A stretch of 64,000 nucleotides of DNA from Erythrobacter sp. (GTDB lineage: Bacteria; Pseudomonadota; Alphaproteobacteria; Sphingomonadales; Sphingomonadaceae). A model generated the notes under the pieces. The model had not been told where the DNA came from. It made no database searches and was given only the letters and a program-made list of their open reading frames with translations. The DNA is taken from the NCBI GenBank assembly GCA_027311945.1, contig DAICXZ010000009.1, forward strand, positions 114,243 to 178,242, written 5' to 3'. This document shows positions 47,584-57,849 of the stretch, piece by piece (positions within the stretch are counted from its first letter, which is position 1; the number at the start of each line of letters is the position of its first letter). A program made the translations under genes and the position numbers.

Positions 47584-49158
47584 CTAGTCCAGCCCGACGA
47601 TCCGGTCCATCCATTTGCCGGACGGGCCGACGGCGCCGAGGAAGTCGGAAATGGCAGCCTGTGCCTCCTCGCCCCCGCCCTCTGCCGAGACGATCATCGT
47701 CGCCGTCGGGCGGGCGGTAAACAGCAGGCGGTCGCGCATCGTCAGCGCCTTGAGTTCGAGGCGGCTGCTGCCCGTCCAGTCGCCATGGCGATACCAGGTC
47801 ATGGCCAGGCGCGGGTGGACGCCCACCGCCTGAAGCCGCTCGCCCTTGCCGCCGTCGATGGCTGGGGCCTCGCCCAGCCAGCGCCATTCGGTGCCCGGCG
47901 GCTGCGCGCCCTCGCCATAGGCCCCGGCCTCGCGGCCCTCTTCCTGCGCGCCGTAGTAGGCAAGGAATATGTCGACCCGTTGGCCGCTGTCGCTGCGATA
48001 GGTGCCGAAGAGGCGTCGGTCCGCACCCGGAGCCTGAGGCAGCCAGGGCCAGGCCTGCTCGGTCGGCACCTGCTCCCAGCCTGCCACCTGCGGCAGCACG
48101 ATAGCCTGCGGCAGCGGAGCCTCGACCGCACGCGCCGCACCAGCCCAGGCGGTGGTGGCCAAGGCAAGCGCTGCAATGCCGACAAGCACAGCCCAGCCCG
48201 GCGCCGTGATGCGTTCGAGCGGCGCAATCCAGCGAGCGCCTTCAATTTCAGCGAGGTCGATCGCGGGCTCGTCCACACTGCGGTCGAAGAAGCGCCAGCC
48301 GGCGCCGATCAGGATCGTCATAACCACGGCGAAGAAGATCCAGCCGTAGAAGATATGGTCGAACCCGGCGGCGAACTCGATGCCCTGAAACTGCGCGATA
48401 TAGATAGTGCCCCATGCACGCACGCCGTTGGCGAGGATCGGCACGATGACCGAGGCTGCCATGAACGCAGCCCGCCGCCAGACGGAGCGGAAACACTGGT
48501 TTGCGATCAGCGCACCCAGCGCCACCATGGCAATGAGGAACTTCACGCCCGAACAGGCCTCGGCCACTTCGAACAGGCCGACCGGGGTGTCGATGAACAC
48601 GCCTTCGATCTCAGCCGGGATGCCGGAAAAGTGCGTGAGTGCGATGGTTATGTCCGCCGTGATCATTTGCAGCACGGGCACAAGTTCCTCGCCGATGGGC
48701 ACGAGAAACACGCTGTAGAACAGCGGGAACAGCAGCGCATAGGAAACGCGTGGACCGAACAGCGCCAGCACGCTCGCCGGGAGCATGGCCACCGCGCCAA
48801 GCTGGCTTGCCGTCGCCAGCCCCGAGACATTTCCGAGCAGCCAGACCAGCATCGCGCCAGCCAGCGCCAGCAAGCCCGGCCACCATGCGCGCGGGGTCAG
48901 GCGGGCGAGTTCGGGCAGCCGCTGCCAGACGAGCCAGGCGATGATTAGCGGCACCAGCAGGATATGGTTGTAGGTCGAGTTGCTCCACCAGTGGCCGGCC
49001 ATCGCGGCCCAATCGCCCGCAAACAGCGCCAGCTGCGCTGCCCATGCCAGTGCGAGGTGCAACAACGGCACGCGCCACTGCGGCGCGAGGCTCTCGGTGA
49101 GCGGCGCCCGTGTGGGAGAAATCACCTCATGCCGCATCGCGACTGGCCGATCGATCAA
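47584..49158 (-). CDS. xrtA: Exosortase A (XrtA) fused to an EpsI-family domain
   Basis: 524 aa. The polytopic N-terminal half carries exosortase motifs (EACSGVKFL, ANGVRAW, FDHIFYGW). After one further TM segment there is an EpsI-like soluble domain. The gene neighbourhood is canonical for XrtA. Confidence 0.82.
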   Translation of the reverse strand: MIDRPVAMRHEVISPTRAPLTESLAPQWRVPLLHLALAWAAQLALFAGDWAAMAGHWWSNSTYNHILLVPLIIAWLVWQRLPELARLTPRAWWPGLLALAGAMLVWLLGNVSGLATASQLGAVAMLPASVLALFGPRVSYALLFPLFYSVFLVPIGEELVPVLQMITADITIALTHFSGIPAEIEGVFIDTPVGLFEVAEACSGVKFLIAMVALGALIANQCFRSVWRRAAFMAASVIVPILANGVRAWGTIYIAQFQGIEFAAGFDHIFYGWIFFAVVMTILIGAGWRFFDRSVDEPAIDLAEIEGARWIAPLERITAPGWAVLVGIAALALATTAWAGAARAVEAPLPQAIVLPQVAGWEQVPTEQAWPWLPQAPGADRRLFGTYRSDSGQRVDIFLAYYGAQEEGREAGAYGEGAQPPGTEWRWLGEAPAIDGGKGERLQAVGVHPRLAMTWYRHGDWTGSSRLELKALTMRDRLLFTARPTATMIVSAEGGGEEAQAAISDFLGAVGPSGKWMDRIVGLD

Positions 49159-50365
49159 CGTTGCGTGTCAGGCCGACGATGTCTGCCAGCGGGGCCATCA
49201 TGGCGGGCCAGCTCATCCGGTCGAGCATGAGTTGGCGCGCAGCCCGGCCGATCCGCTCTGCCCGGACTTTTTCGTTCGCCAGGGTGCAAGCCATGGCGAC
49301 AAATTCGGCATCGTTCTCGCAGCGCAGGAAGTGTTCGCCATTCTCACCATCGATCCCCACCAGTGCCTCAGGCGAGGCGAGGACGGGCTTGGCCATCGCC
49401 ATGGCCTCGAGCACCTTGTTCTGTACCCCGCGCGCAATGGTGAGCGGCGCGACAACCATGCTGGCCGCTGCGAGGAACGGGCGCATGTCGGGCACTTCGC
49501 CCCACACGGTCACGCCCGGCTCGCTCGCCAGTTTGCGTACCGCCGGGGTGGGCGCGCGGCCGACGATGTGGAATTGCGCCTTGGGCTGTTGGAGGAGGAT
49601 CGCGGGCATGATCTGACGGGCAAACCGCTCCACCGCCTCGATATTCGGCGCATAGTCCATCTGCCCCGAGAAGACGAAATGCGGACCTTCCGCGCTCGCC
49701 AGTTCGGGATGGGGCCGGATATTGGCGGGATCGAAGGCCGCGCAATCGATGCCGTTGCGCAAGGCTCCAATATTCGCCGCAACCGGGCATCGCTCACGCA
49801 TCAGCGCAGCCTCTTCCTCGCTCACCAGCAGCGAGCGGTCAGCGCGGGCGGCAAGCTGTGTTTCGAACTGGCGCAGCAACCGTCCCTCACGCGAATGGAC
49901 CCAGCGCATTGGCCAGCCGCTCTTGGCAGCATAGGCTTCAAACTTGGCGGAATCGACGTCGACGAAATCGACCACCAGCCGCCCGGACCAGCCTTGCGGA
50001 ACATATTGCCCCATCTGGCCCGAGAAGACGTAAATGGTTGTGATCGGACGGCTCGCGAGTGTGTCGCGCACCCAGCGATGCAGCGCCTTGTTGGCAAAGG
50101 CGGAGAGGCTGATCGGCGCACCCTTCGCCAGCGCCTCTACCCCGGCAACGGGGAGCGGTTTCGCGCGCCGGGGCATGCAATAGCTCGTCGCCAGTTCGGC
50201 CAGCGTCTGTTCCTCAGCCATATCGGCGTCGGTCTCGGCCAGACAGCCGACATGCAGGGGAGCCAGCTCTGCCAGCGCCTTCAGCACGTTGTGCGAACGG
50301 ATCTTGTCGCCACGGTCGGGCGGAAAGGGTGTCCGATGCGCGAGGAACAGGATCTCGCCCGCCAT
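49127..50365 (-). CDS. Glycosyltransferase, PEP-CTERM/XrtA-system-associated (GT-B fold)
   Basis: From the ATG at 50365 the translation is MAGEILFLAHRTPFPPDRGDKIRSHNVLKAL. A C-terminal GT1/GT4-like motif follows (GVQNKVLEAMAMAKPV). Confidence 0.75.
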   Translation of the reverse strand: MAGEILFLAHRTPFPPDRGDKIRSHNVLKALAELAPLHVGCLAETDADMAEEQTLAELATSYCMPRRAKPLPVAGVEALAKGAPISLSAFANKALHRWVRDTLASRPITTIYVFSGQMGQYVPQGWSGRLVVDFVDVDSAKFEAYAAKSGWPMRWVHSREGRLLRQFETQLAARADRSLLVSEEEAALMRERCPVAANIGALRNGIDCAAFDPANIRPHPELASAEGPHFVFSGQMDYAPNIEAVERFARQIMPAILLQQPKAQFHIVGRAPTPAVRKLASEPGVTVWGEVPDMRPFLAAASMVVAPLTIARGVQNKVLEAMAMAKPVLASPEALVGIDGENGEHFLRCENDAEFVAMACTLANEKVRAERIGRAARQLMLDRMSWPAMMAPLADIVGLTRNVDRSASRDAA

Positions 50366-51423
50366 CAGCCCAGCCCCCGCGCGATCACCGGCCCGAGCCG
50401 GTTCGCCACGGCCAGTGGCAGCTGCTTCCATGCGGCAATGCGCGACTGGTGCTGCGGGCTGAGCGGATCGGCATCGCGCGCTTCGCAGCCGGGCACGGTC
50501 CATTCGGCATAGGTCAGCGGCTGCGGCTCGAAACCCCAGGTCTTCTTGTAGGCATAGGGGCCGGTGCCTGTCTTGCTACGTCCGAAGTCGAACTCGGTGC
50601 AGCCCTTGCGGCGGGCATGGCACATCAGATCGTAATACATCCGATCGTTGCTGCGCAGGCGGCGCGCGGCATGGGTGCCGCCGCCCCAATAGGGCATCAC
50701 GGTTCCGCTGTGATAGAACGAGAGCACCGAGGACACCGGCACGCCTTGGTGGCGCACCGTCAGGATATCGGCATCGAGGGCATCGAGCACCGCATCGAAC
50801 AGGCTGCGCGGAAACACCGGCGTGCCCAGATTGCGCACGCTTTCAGCATAGACGGCATAGTGCGCCGCCCGGTCGCTCTCGTCGCGGCCGATGGTCACTT
50901 CCAGCTCTGCGCCGAGGCTCTTGCGCACTTCGGCGCGCTGCTTGCGCGGGATCGCGGCGAGCTGCGCCTCATCGTCTTCCGCGAGTGGCATAACGAACCC
51001 GCAATAACGCTCGGTGAGCAAGTCCCACCCGGCGCGCGCCGGTCCTCCCCGCAGCTCCACGCTGGAGCACGAGAGCCGCTGCGCCAGTTCCTCGACCGCC
51101 TCGATCAGAAGCTCGGCCACGTGGTCCTCCACCGTCAGCACGCCGCCACCCACGGCAAAGCCTGAAGAGGCCAGCGTCCGCCCGAAAATCGGCGAGTGCA
51201 GTTCGGTCAGCGGCATCCAGCCGGTAAGCGCACTCGCGCGCTCGGCAATCAGGCCCAGCGCCCTCTGCCCGGTGCCCTGCTCTACGGCATGGAGCCATCG
51301 CGGGCGATGAAACACTGTGCCGCTGTGCAGCGCCACAAAGGCCTCGATCCGCGCGCACTCGTCGGGTTGCGACAAATCGGCAAGGCGCACTGTGTCGGCT
51401 ATCATGGCGAACGGCGCGGTCAT
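50365..51423 (-). CDS. FemAB-family protein, PEP-CTERM-system-associated
   Basis: 352 aa. It has the features of an acyl-CoA N-acyltransferase/FemAB-like fold and sits at the position this family occupies in XrtA loci. Stop and start overlaps exist with both neighbours. Confidence 0.7.
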   Translation of the reverse strand: MTAPFAMIADTVRLADLSQPDECARIEAFVALHSGTVFHRPRWLHAVEQGTGQRALGLIAERASALTGWMPLTELHSPIFGRTLASSGFAVGGGVLTVEDHVAELLIEAVEELAQRLSCSSVELRGGPARAGWDLLTERYCGFVMPLAEDDEAQLAAIPRKQRAEVRKSLGAELEVTIGRDESDRAAHYAVYAESVRNLGTPVFPRSLFDAVLDALDADILTVRHQGVPVSSVLSFYHSGTVMPYWGGGTHAARRLRSNDRMYYDLMCHARRKGCTEFDFGRSKTGTGPYAYKKTWGFEPQPLTYAEWTVPGCEARDADPLSPQHQSRIAAWKQLPLAVANRLGPVIARGLG

Positions 51424-52322
51424 GCCGCCGCGTCCAGCCTCGCTGCCTCGCGCGCGACAACCATATCGACCCGGTCCCAGGCAAACTCGTTCACGACGCG
51501 CGAAAGTTTGCCCGCCATCCGGTCAAGATTGGTGTAGTGCCGAAAACGCGAACGCAGCGGGGCATCGGCCACGCGCGGCTGATCGGGGTCCACTTCCCAC
51601 GGGTGGAAGTAGAAGATCGCCGGCCGCCCCTCGCGCTGGTTCACTTGGCGGATCGCCCAGCGGCTGAATTGATAGGGCAGCACGCGGAAGAACCCGCCGC
51701 CGCCAGCGGCAATGCGCCTGCTGCCAAGCATTGCCGTGGTGACCGGCAGTTCGATAAGGTCTGCATCGGCCAGCGGCCGGAACGCAAAGCGCGGTGCCTC
51801 GGGCCAACCATAGTGATCGTGCGCCACCGGGGCCACGCTCGACGAATAGGTGTAGCCCTGTTCGGCCAGCACTTCGAACGCCCAAGGGTTGCGCTTGTCG
51901 ATGGAAAAGCTCGGCGCGCGATAACCCTGCACCGCAGTCCCGCCCGCATCTTCCAGCACACCGCGCGCGTGCGCAAGATCCTCGGCAAATTGCTCGCGCG
52001 TGAGCGAGAACACGCGTGCATGGTCCCAGCCATGGCTGGCGATCTCGTGCCCTGCTTCGGCAATGCGGCGGATCAGCCCTTTGTGCCGTTCGGCCACCCA
52101 GCCCAGCGTGAAGAACGTGGCCTTCACCTGCGCTTCGTCGAACATGGCAAGGATCGCCTCGACATTGCGCTCCACCCGGTCCTCCAGCGAGGGCCAGCTA
52201 TCGCGCTCGATCACCTTTTCAAAGGCGCCGACCTGAAACCAGTCTTCGACATCGACCGACAAGGCATTGACCACCTTCGCGGCGGCTGCCTTGCCCTCGC
52301 GGGCGGCACGATCTGGCGCCAT
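51420..52322 (-). CDS. Polysaccharide deacetylase, PEP-CTERM-locus subfamily
   Basis: Contains LSVDVEDWFQV and IASHGWDH (NodB-type motifs). The start is either 52322 or 52394. Confidence 0.8.
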   Translation of the reverse strand: MAPDRAAREGKAAAAKVVNALSVDVEDWFQVGAFEKVIERDSWPSLEDRVERNVEAILAMFDEAQVKATFFTLGWVAERHKGLIRRIAEAGHEIASHGWDHARVFSLTREQFAEDLAHARGVLEDAGGTAVQGYRAPSFSIDKRNPWAFEVLAEQGYTYSSSVAPVAHDHYGWPEAPRFAFRPLADADLIELPVTTAMLGSRRIAAGGGGFFRVLPYQFSRWAIRQVNQREGRPAIFYFHPWEVDPDQPRVADAPLRSRFRHYTNLDRMAGKLSRVVNEFAWDRVDMVVAREAARLDAAA

Positions 52323-52354
52323 CGCGTTCACCTTGCCCTGCCCCCTGTCGCCGA

Positions 52355-53617
52355 TCAGGCGGCCTTGCTCGAATCTATCTCGGCCTCGATCCACTCGATC
52401 AGCATCGAGAGGGTCTGGCGAATGGTGCGCTCCTGCTCGAAGGCGCGTGCTTCGAGCTTCGACATCTCGGCGCGCATGGCCTCGATTTCTGGCGCGAGCA
52501 GACGCTTGACGCTCTCCTCCGCCTGACCCGACAAATCGAGGACGGCATGTTGCAGCTCGGCAATCTGCTCGCGAATGCTCTCCTGATCGGACTCGGACAC
52601 GGGCGCTCTTTCTGCCTTGGCCGCCAGCTCGTCGAGCGCCTCGCCAAGTTCAGCAATGCGCACATCGCGTTCGGCCAGCAGGTCGTCGATCAGCTGCGGA
52701 TCTATGGCGGGCTGAGCAACCTGTTCGCTAGGCGGCGCGGGTTCCTGCTGGGCTGAGGCGGGATGCGCGAACACCTGCGCGCCGGCAACCGGCGCAAGAT
52801 GGGAAGTCTCCGCTGCCATCTCGGCCAGAACCTGATCGAGCAATGCGAGGTCGATCACCTCGATCCGGTCAAGCGAACCGAGCATCAGCACGCGGTTGAC
52901 GATCTGGTTGACCTTGCGCGGAATGCCGCCGCTGGCCTCGTAAAGTTCGTCGAAAACGCCCTCGTCAAACTGCGGGTTGCCGTGCCAGCCCGCCTTCTGG
53001 AGCCGGTGCAGCACATATGGCTCCACCTCCTCCGGCTGCATCGGGTCGAGATGATGCGCGGCGATAATGCGCTGGCGCAGCTGTTCGAGCGAGGGTTCGT
53101 TCTGCAAGGTCGCGCGGAACTCGGGCTGGCCGAGCAGCAGCACCTGCAGCAGCGGATGGCTGCCAAGCTGGAAGTTCGACAGCATCCGCAGCTCTTCAAG
53201 CGCCGACACCGACAGGTTCTGCGATTCGTCCACCACCAGCAGGCAGCGACGGCCCGCGCGCGCCTCATCGTGCAGGAAGGCCTCGATCTCGCCCAGCGCG
53301 GTCGCCTTGTCATGCCCCGCCACCGCCAGACCGAAGGCCCGGGCGACAACGTGGACGATCTCCTCGCCATCGAGGTGGCTGGTGACGACCTGCGCGACCG
53401 TCACCTGATTCTCGTCGAGGCTGCGGATCGTGTGTGCGACCAGCGTCGACTTGCCCGCGCCGATCTCGCCGGTGATGACGATGAAGCCCTCGCCCTGGGC
53501 CAGGCCATAGCCAAGGTATGACAGCGCCTTGCGATGCGTGGTGCTGCGGAAGTAGAACTCCGGATCGGGGGTCAGCTGGAAGGGCTTCGCGGTGAAGCCG
53601 TAGAATTCGTCGTGCAT
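52355..53617 (-). CDS. XrtA/PEP-CTERM-system-associated AAA ATPase (ExeA/GspA-like)
   Basis: 420 aa with Walker A GEIGAGKST and Walker B LLVVDESQ. The C-terminal part is predicted to be coiled coil. Confidence 0.8.
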   Translation of the reverse strand: MHDEFYGFTAKPFQLTPDPEFYFRSTTHRKALSYLGYGLAQGEGFIVITGEIGAGKSTLVAHTIRSLDENQVTVAQVVTSHLDGEEIVHVVARAFGLAVAGHDKATALGEIEAFLHDEARAGRRCLLVVDESQNLSVSALEELRMLSNFQLGSHPLLQVLLLGQPEFRATLQNEPSLEQLRQRIIAAHHLDPMQPEEVEPYVLHRLQKAGWHGNPQFDEGVFDELYEASGGIPRKVNQIVNRVLMLGSLDRIEVIDLALLDQVLAEMAAETSHLAPVAGAQVFAHPASAQQEPAPPSEQVAQPAIDPQLIDDLLAERDVRIAELGEALDELAAKAERAPVSESDQESIREQIAELQHAVLDLSGQAEESVKRLLAPEIEAMRAEMSKLEARAFEQERTIRQTLSMLIEWIEAEIDSSKAA

Positions 53618-53637
53618 CTGTGAACTCCCGTAGTCCG

Positions 53638-55284
53638 TCAGAATGAATAGCGCAGGCCGAGCAGGGCCGATGCAGAGGTGTAATCGGGCAGGCTTTCGCG
53701 CGTAATGCCGTCGAGGCCGACGGCTGCCGTGCCGCTGAGGCCTGCAATGATGGATCTATAATATGAAACGCTTGCGCTGTAACCGAGCGAGCCGCCAGCG
53801 TTATCGAGTCCAGTTTCGAACCATGACCCCGTGGCATTGAAGTTGAGGCTCGAGCGGCGGTCAAGCTGCCGGCTCGCATAGGCCGAGACCCAGAAATTCT
53901 CGTCGGTGAGGCCATCGAGCGCGCCCAGCACCGTGCCCGCCGCCGCGATATATTTGCGCCGGTCGTAGCCGAGCCCGAGGCCAAGCTGGGTGCGGCCCAT
54001 GGCGTGGGCGAAGGTGGCGCTGACGCCGCGGCGCCGGTAAATCGCCGAGCGCAGCGAACCGAGCCCGGCCAGCGTGCAGTTCTCGCCCTCGAGGCTGCCG
54101 ACGCAGCCGCCAAGATCGCCGGTCACCGGATTGCGGATCGCCTCGAAGTTGGTGCTGAGCCCGTTGAGCGAATTCGCTATCTGCCCGCCGAAGCCGGTGA
54201 TGTTGTCGTAGACCGAGAGACCGACCGAGGTGTTCGCGCTCGGCGCATAGGACAGCGAGCCGTAATAGGTCATCGAATCGTAACGGCGGCCCACGGTGGC
54301 GGTCAGGCTGGTGCGGCGGCTGGGCCGCCACATCACGCCCACATCCCAGATCAGCCCGTCGGTTTCATAGGCGATCTGGCGTGGCTGGCTCTCGTCGGTA
54401 ACGAAGCGGCCATCCGGGCCGACCACCGGGTTGCCATCGCCATCACGCAAGGCATCGCGGCTCGAAACTTCGACGTCCTCATAACCCACGCCGCCGATCA
54501 GCGCGACTTCGCGCGTTACCGGCACGGTGACGTCGGCGCGCACGTGGCGGTCGTCGACCCGCTGGTCGAGATTGGAGATGTCCTGCCGGTTCCAGCCCGC
54601 GCCCACGCCAAGCCCGACAGGTAGTACCATATCGGGTGCAATTCCGGCGCGCAGGCTGGCCGCCTGGCTCACACTGTCGTCAAACACGTCGACCAGGTCG
54701 CCGTTCGATGAGGTCGGCACAACGTCGGGCGAATCGACCCGCGAGTAGCCGATCAGGTAGGTTCCGCTGACTTCGACATCGCCCACATTCGTCTGCAGGC
54801 TGGGGCCGGCATAGACCGAGTAAATTTGCGTGGTTGAATCCGAATTGGCGCCATAGCCGCCGATAGAGGCCGCGCCATTGCGGTCGATCCGGGTCCGTGC
54901 CGCCATGCCGCCCGCTTCAAGCGTGAGCGCCTGCGGCACCAGCGCGAGCGACCCGCGCGCAACGCCGGTAAGGGTGTCGACATCGGCGACATTGTCGTCC
55001 CACCCGATCGAGCGTTCGTAACGCAGCGACACCGATGCGGCCGAATTGCGCCCGGAAATCGCCGCATCCACACCGGCGCCAAGCCGGGTGTAGGTGAAGA
55101 CGTCGGAACCCGGCTGAAGCTCGGCGGTGACGACCTGGGCGGCCTCGATATAGGGCGTGATATTGGCCCGGCTCCTGCGCTCGCCACTGGTATCGTCATC
55201 GCGCGCCAGTGCAGGTGTTGCGGCCACAGTGATCATAGCAGCAGCCAGAGCAGCGGAGTGACGGAGGCTGTGCATCATGCTCAT
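53638..55284 (-). CDS. PEP-CTERM-system-associated outer membrane beta-barrel protein
   Basis: 548 aa. It has a signal peptide (AATPALA), alternating beta-strand-like composition, and a C-terminal ...LGLRYSF ending in Phe, as in outer membrane proteins. Confidence 0.65.
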   Translation of the reverse strand: MSMMHSLRHSAALAAAMITVAATPALARDDDTSGERRSRANITPYIEAAQVVTAELQPGSDVFTYTRLGAGVDAAISGRNSAASVSLRYERSIGWDDNVADVDTLTGVARGSLALVPQALTLEAGGMAARTRIDRNGAASIGGYGANSDSTTQIYSVYAGPSLQTNVGDVEVSGTYLIGYSRVDSPDVVPTSSNGDLVDVFDDSVSQAASLRAGIAPDMVLPVGLGVGAGWNRQDISNLDQRVDDRHVRADVTVPVTREVALIGGVGYEDVEVSSRDALRDGDGNPVVGPDGRFVTDESQPRQIAYETDGLIWDVGVMWRPSRRTSLTATVGRRYDSMTYYGSLSYAPSANTSVGLSVYDNITGFGGQIANSLNGLSTNFEAIRNPVTGDLGGCVGSLEGENCTLAGLGSLRSAIYRRRGVSATFAHAMGRTQLGLGLGYDRRKYIAAAGTVLGALDGLTDENFWVSAYASRQLDRRSSLNFNATGSWFETGLDNAGGSLGYSASVSYYRSIIAGLSGTAAVGLDGITRESLPDYTSASALLGLRYSF

Positions 55285-56270
55285 ACCTCCTGCCCGTAAT
55301 AGGTGCCGAAGCGGCGGCCGCTGGGGCTGAAGTGCGCCGCGTTGAGCAGCAACTTGATATCGGGGCAGGCCGACAGCAGCGTGAGCGCGTCTTCCAGCGC
55401 CGTCTGGCCGGTACGGTCGGCGCGGGTCACGACGATAGCCTGGCCGACATGGCGGGCCAGCTCCGCCGCCGGAGAAGCCGCCAGCGCCGGGGGCGAATCG
55501 AAGATGACGATCCGGTTGGGTTCGCCCGCCGTCAGCCGGTCAAGCATTTGCGCGGTGCGGGCGCTGGCGAGAAACTCGCTGTCCGAATTGGTCTGGTTGC
55601 CCGCAGGAAGCACCAGCAGACCGGCGATGTCGGTCTCGATGATGCAGTCTTCCAGCTCGACATCGGGATTGGCGAGCACGTCCATCAGGCCAAGGCTGCT
55701 CGACAGGCCGAGCGTGGAGAGGATCGAAGGCTTGGCAAAGTCGGCATCGACCAGCAGCACTTCGCTGTCCTTCTCCGCCGCCATGGCCAGTGCCAGATTG
55801 GTGGCGCAGAAGGTCTTGCCCTCGCCAGGCAGCGGCGAGCATACCAGCACCCGCTGAGCACGCGCGCCCTTGCCCGCATCGAGCGCCTTGCGCACCGAAC
55901 CCAGCACCTGCCGCTTCACGATGCGGAATTCCTCCAGCAGGCCGGTCACCTGACCTTCGGGCTGGATCAGACCGGCCCGTTGCAGCTGTTCGCGGTCGAT
56001 CGGCTCGATGCGGCCCGAGAGGTGCAGCGGCTGGCTATCCGTTGGAGCGGGCGCAGCCGCGTCGGCGACGAGCGCCTCAGCTTTTCGCGGGGTCGACTGC
56101 GGGGCAGCCGCAGAAACAGGGCGTTCGGCACGCTTCGGGGCCTGCCGGTTCACCGGGCGCGCAAGCTCGCTCGGGACAGGAGCCGCGCGCAGATCGTCCG
56201 CGCCCCAGACATCCTCTTCGCGGTCGAACAGCGAGCGGCCGGGACCGGGTATCTTGCTCTGGTCGGTCAT
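55281..56270 (-). CDS. XrtA-associated tyrosine autokinase (CpsD/CapB family)
   Basis: 329 aa with Walker A SPLPGEGKTF, Walker A' LLVDAD and a C-terminal GTYYGQ. Confidence 0.75.
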   Translation of the reverse strand: MTDQSKIPGPGRSLFDREEDVWGADDLRAAPVPSELARPVNRQAPKRAERPVSAAAPQSTPRKAEALVADAAAPAPTDSQPLHLSGRIEPIDREQLQRAGLIQPEGQVTGLLEEFRIVKRQVLGSVRKALDAGKGARAQRVLVCSPLPGEGKTFCATNLALAMAAEKDSEVLLVDADFAKPSILSTLGLSSSLGLMDVLANPDVELEDCIIETDIAGLLVLPAGNQTNSDSEFLASARTAQMLDRLTAGEPNRIVIFDSPPALAASPAAELARHVGQAIVVTRADRTGQTALEDALTLLSACPDIKLLLNAAHFSPSGRRFGTYYGQEV

Positions 56271-56280
56271 GCGTAGATCC

Positions 56281-57849
56281 TCATGCCACCAGCCCGCGCT
56301 GGACGAATTCGAGCCCCATCAGGATCACAAACAGCAGCCCTAGTCCGCCGACACCGGCAGCGAAATACTTGAGACGCCTTGCGCGCAGCGCACGGCCTGC
56401 GGGGGTGAACACATGCGACACCGTGCCGATTACCGGCAGCCCGATCTCGCGTTCGAGCTGGCTGGCCGTGGCAAAGGTGGAGCCGAGCTTGGACAGGGCA
56501 AAGGCCGTTGCCGCCCCGGCCCCCAGCCCCACGATCAGCACGCCCAGCAGCAGCAGCGGACGGTTGGGCGCAGCGGGCTTGCGCGGCGTGCTTGGCGGGT
56601 CGATCACTTCGAACTTGATCGCGCTGTTCTCGCTCTCGACATCGCCGCGCAGGCGCAGTTGTTCGCGGTCGTTCAGCAGGTCGTCGTAGCGCTTGCGCAG
56701 CACGTCATAGTCGCGGCTGATGCGCTGGGCCTCGGCGGTCGCACCCGGCTCGCGGGCAAGGCTGCTGTTGATCGACGCGATTTCGGACCGCAGCGCCGCT
56801 GCGCGCGAAGTGAGTGCCTGCACATTGGCCTCGCGCTCGACCAGCATCGACTGGAGCGAACTGAAAGCCGGATTGAGCGCCCCGCCACTGCCGGGGCCGG
56901 AGCGCTGGACTGTGGCGCGCAGGTTCGCCACCGTGCGCTGCGCTGCCATCAGGTCGGGATGTTCGGGGGTCAGCCCGCGTGCCTGCAGCGCGGCAAGGTT
57001 CGCCTCGGCCTGCGCCAAGGCAGCCTGCGGCCCGCCCGAATTGGCGGAAATGATCGTGCGCGGCGTGCTGGCTAGCTGACCGCGCAGCGCCGCAAGCGCG
57101 CTCTGAGCGGCGGCAAGGTCGGCCTCGACGCTGCGCAGTTCGTTGCGCGCCGCGCTCATCTGCGAGGCGATCGCGGCTGAACCGCCCACCAGATCGGGGT
57201 TGGCCGCTTCGAATGCGAGCCGACGTTCCTCGGCCTTCGCCAGTTCCGCCTCGCGTTCGGCAAGCTGCTGGTCGGGGAAGGCAATCGACTGCTGCACCTC
57301 GCCGCGCGCGCCGCCGAGGTTTTCCTCGCGGAAGATGTCGATCATCCGCTGGGTGATGGTCTGCGCCAGCTCCGCGTTCTCGCGGTCGGAGAAGTCACCG
57401 CGGCCCATCTTTGCCGAAATCTCGAAGATGTTCTCGCCCTGGCTCTCGACCGTTATTTCCTCGGCCAGCTTGGTGGTCGCGGCCTCCATTTCTGCCGGGG
57501 TGGTGACGGCATCGCCAAGCCGGGTGGCGCGCACGACCTTCTCGAGATTCACCGAGCTTACCAGCGTCTGGCGGATGCGGTCGATATCGCGCTCGCGACT
57601 GGCCGAACCGATGCCGATCTGATCGGCCAGAAGGTCGTCGAGCTGGACGAAGATGCGCGTTTCGCTCTCATAGGCGTTGGGGATCAGCGCCACGGCAAGC
57701 CAGCCCAGCAGGCAGATGCCCCAGGCTATGCCCAGCGCCAGCCAGCGGCGGTTCCACACCGCCCAGATCGCTGCCCGCGCTTCTTCCAGAAGGTGATTCA
57801 AGCCCCCCGCCTCCGGTTCAGAACATGCTTTCCGGGATGATGATGACAT
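56281..57849 (-). CDS. Polysaccharide chain length determinant (PCP/Wzz-type), XrtA system
   Basis: 522 aa with an N-terminal and a C-terminal TM segment flanking a long coiled-coil periplasmic region. Confidence 0.75.
   Translation of the reverse strand: MSSSSRKACSEPEAGGLNHLLEEARAAIWAVWNRRWLALGIAWGICLLGWLAVALIPNAYESETRIFVQLDDLLADQIGIGSASRERDIDRIRQTLVSSVNLEKVVRATRLGDAVTTPAEMEAATTKLAEEITVESQGENIFEISAKMGRGDFSDRENAELAQTITQRMIDIFREENLGGARGEVQQSIAFPDQQLAEREAELAKAEERRLAFEAANPDLVGGSAAIASQMSAARNELRSVEADLAAAQSALAALRGQLASTPRTIISANSGGPQAALAQAEANLAALQARGLTPEHPDLMAAQRTVANLRATVQRSGPGSGGALNPAFSSLQSMLVEREANVQALTSRAAALRSEIASINSSLAREPGATAEAQRISRDYDVLRKRYDDLLNDREQLRLRGDVESENSAIKFEVIDPPSTPRKPAAPNRPLLLLGVLIVGLGAGAATAFALSKLGSTFATASQLEREIGLPVIGTVSHVFTPAGRALRARRLKYFAAGVGGLGLLFVILMGLEFVQRGLVA

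Noticed and set aside
45674-47887. N-terminally extended ORF calls taken at face value (also 9036..10061, 30102..30896, 32860..33855, 38639..41695, 49127..50503, 57818..58564 and 58660..59955)
   Set aside because: In each case the extension overlaps the upstream gene and is Arg/Pro/Gly-rich. An internal start reproduces the conserved family N-terminus, for example MCGIAG, MKISGVD, MATRMLID and MAGEILFLAH.
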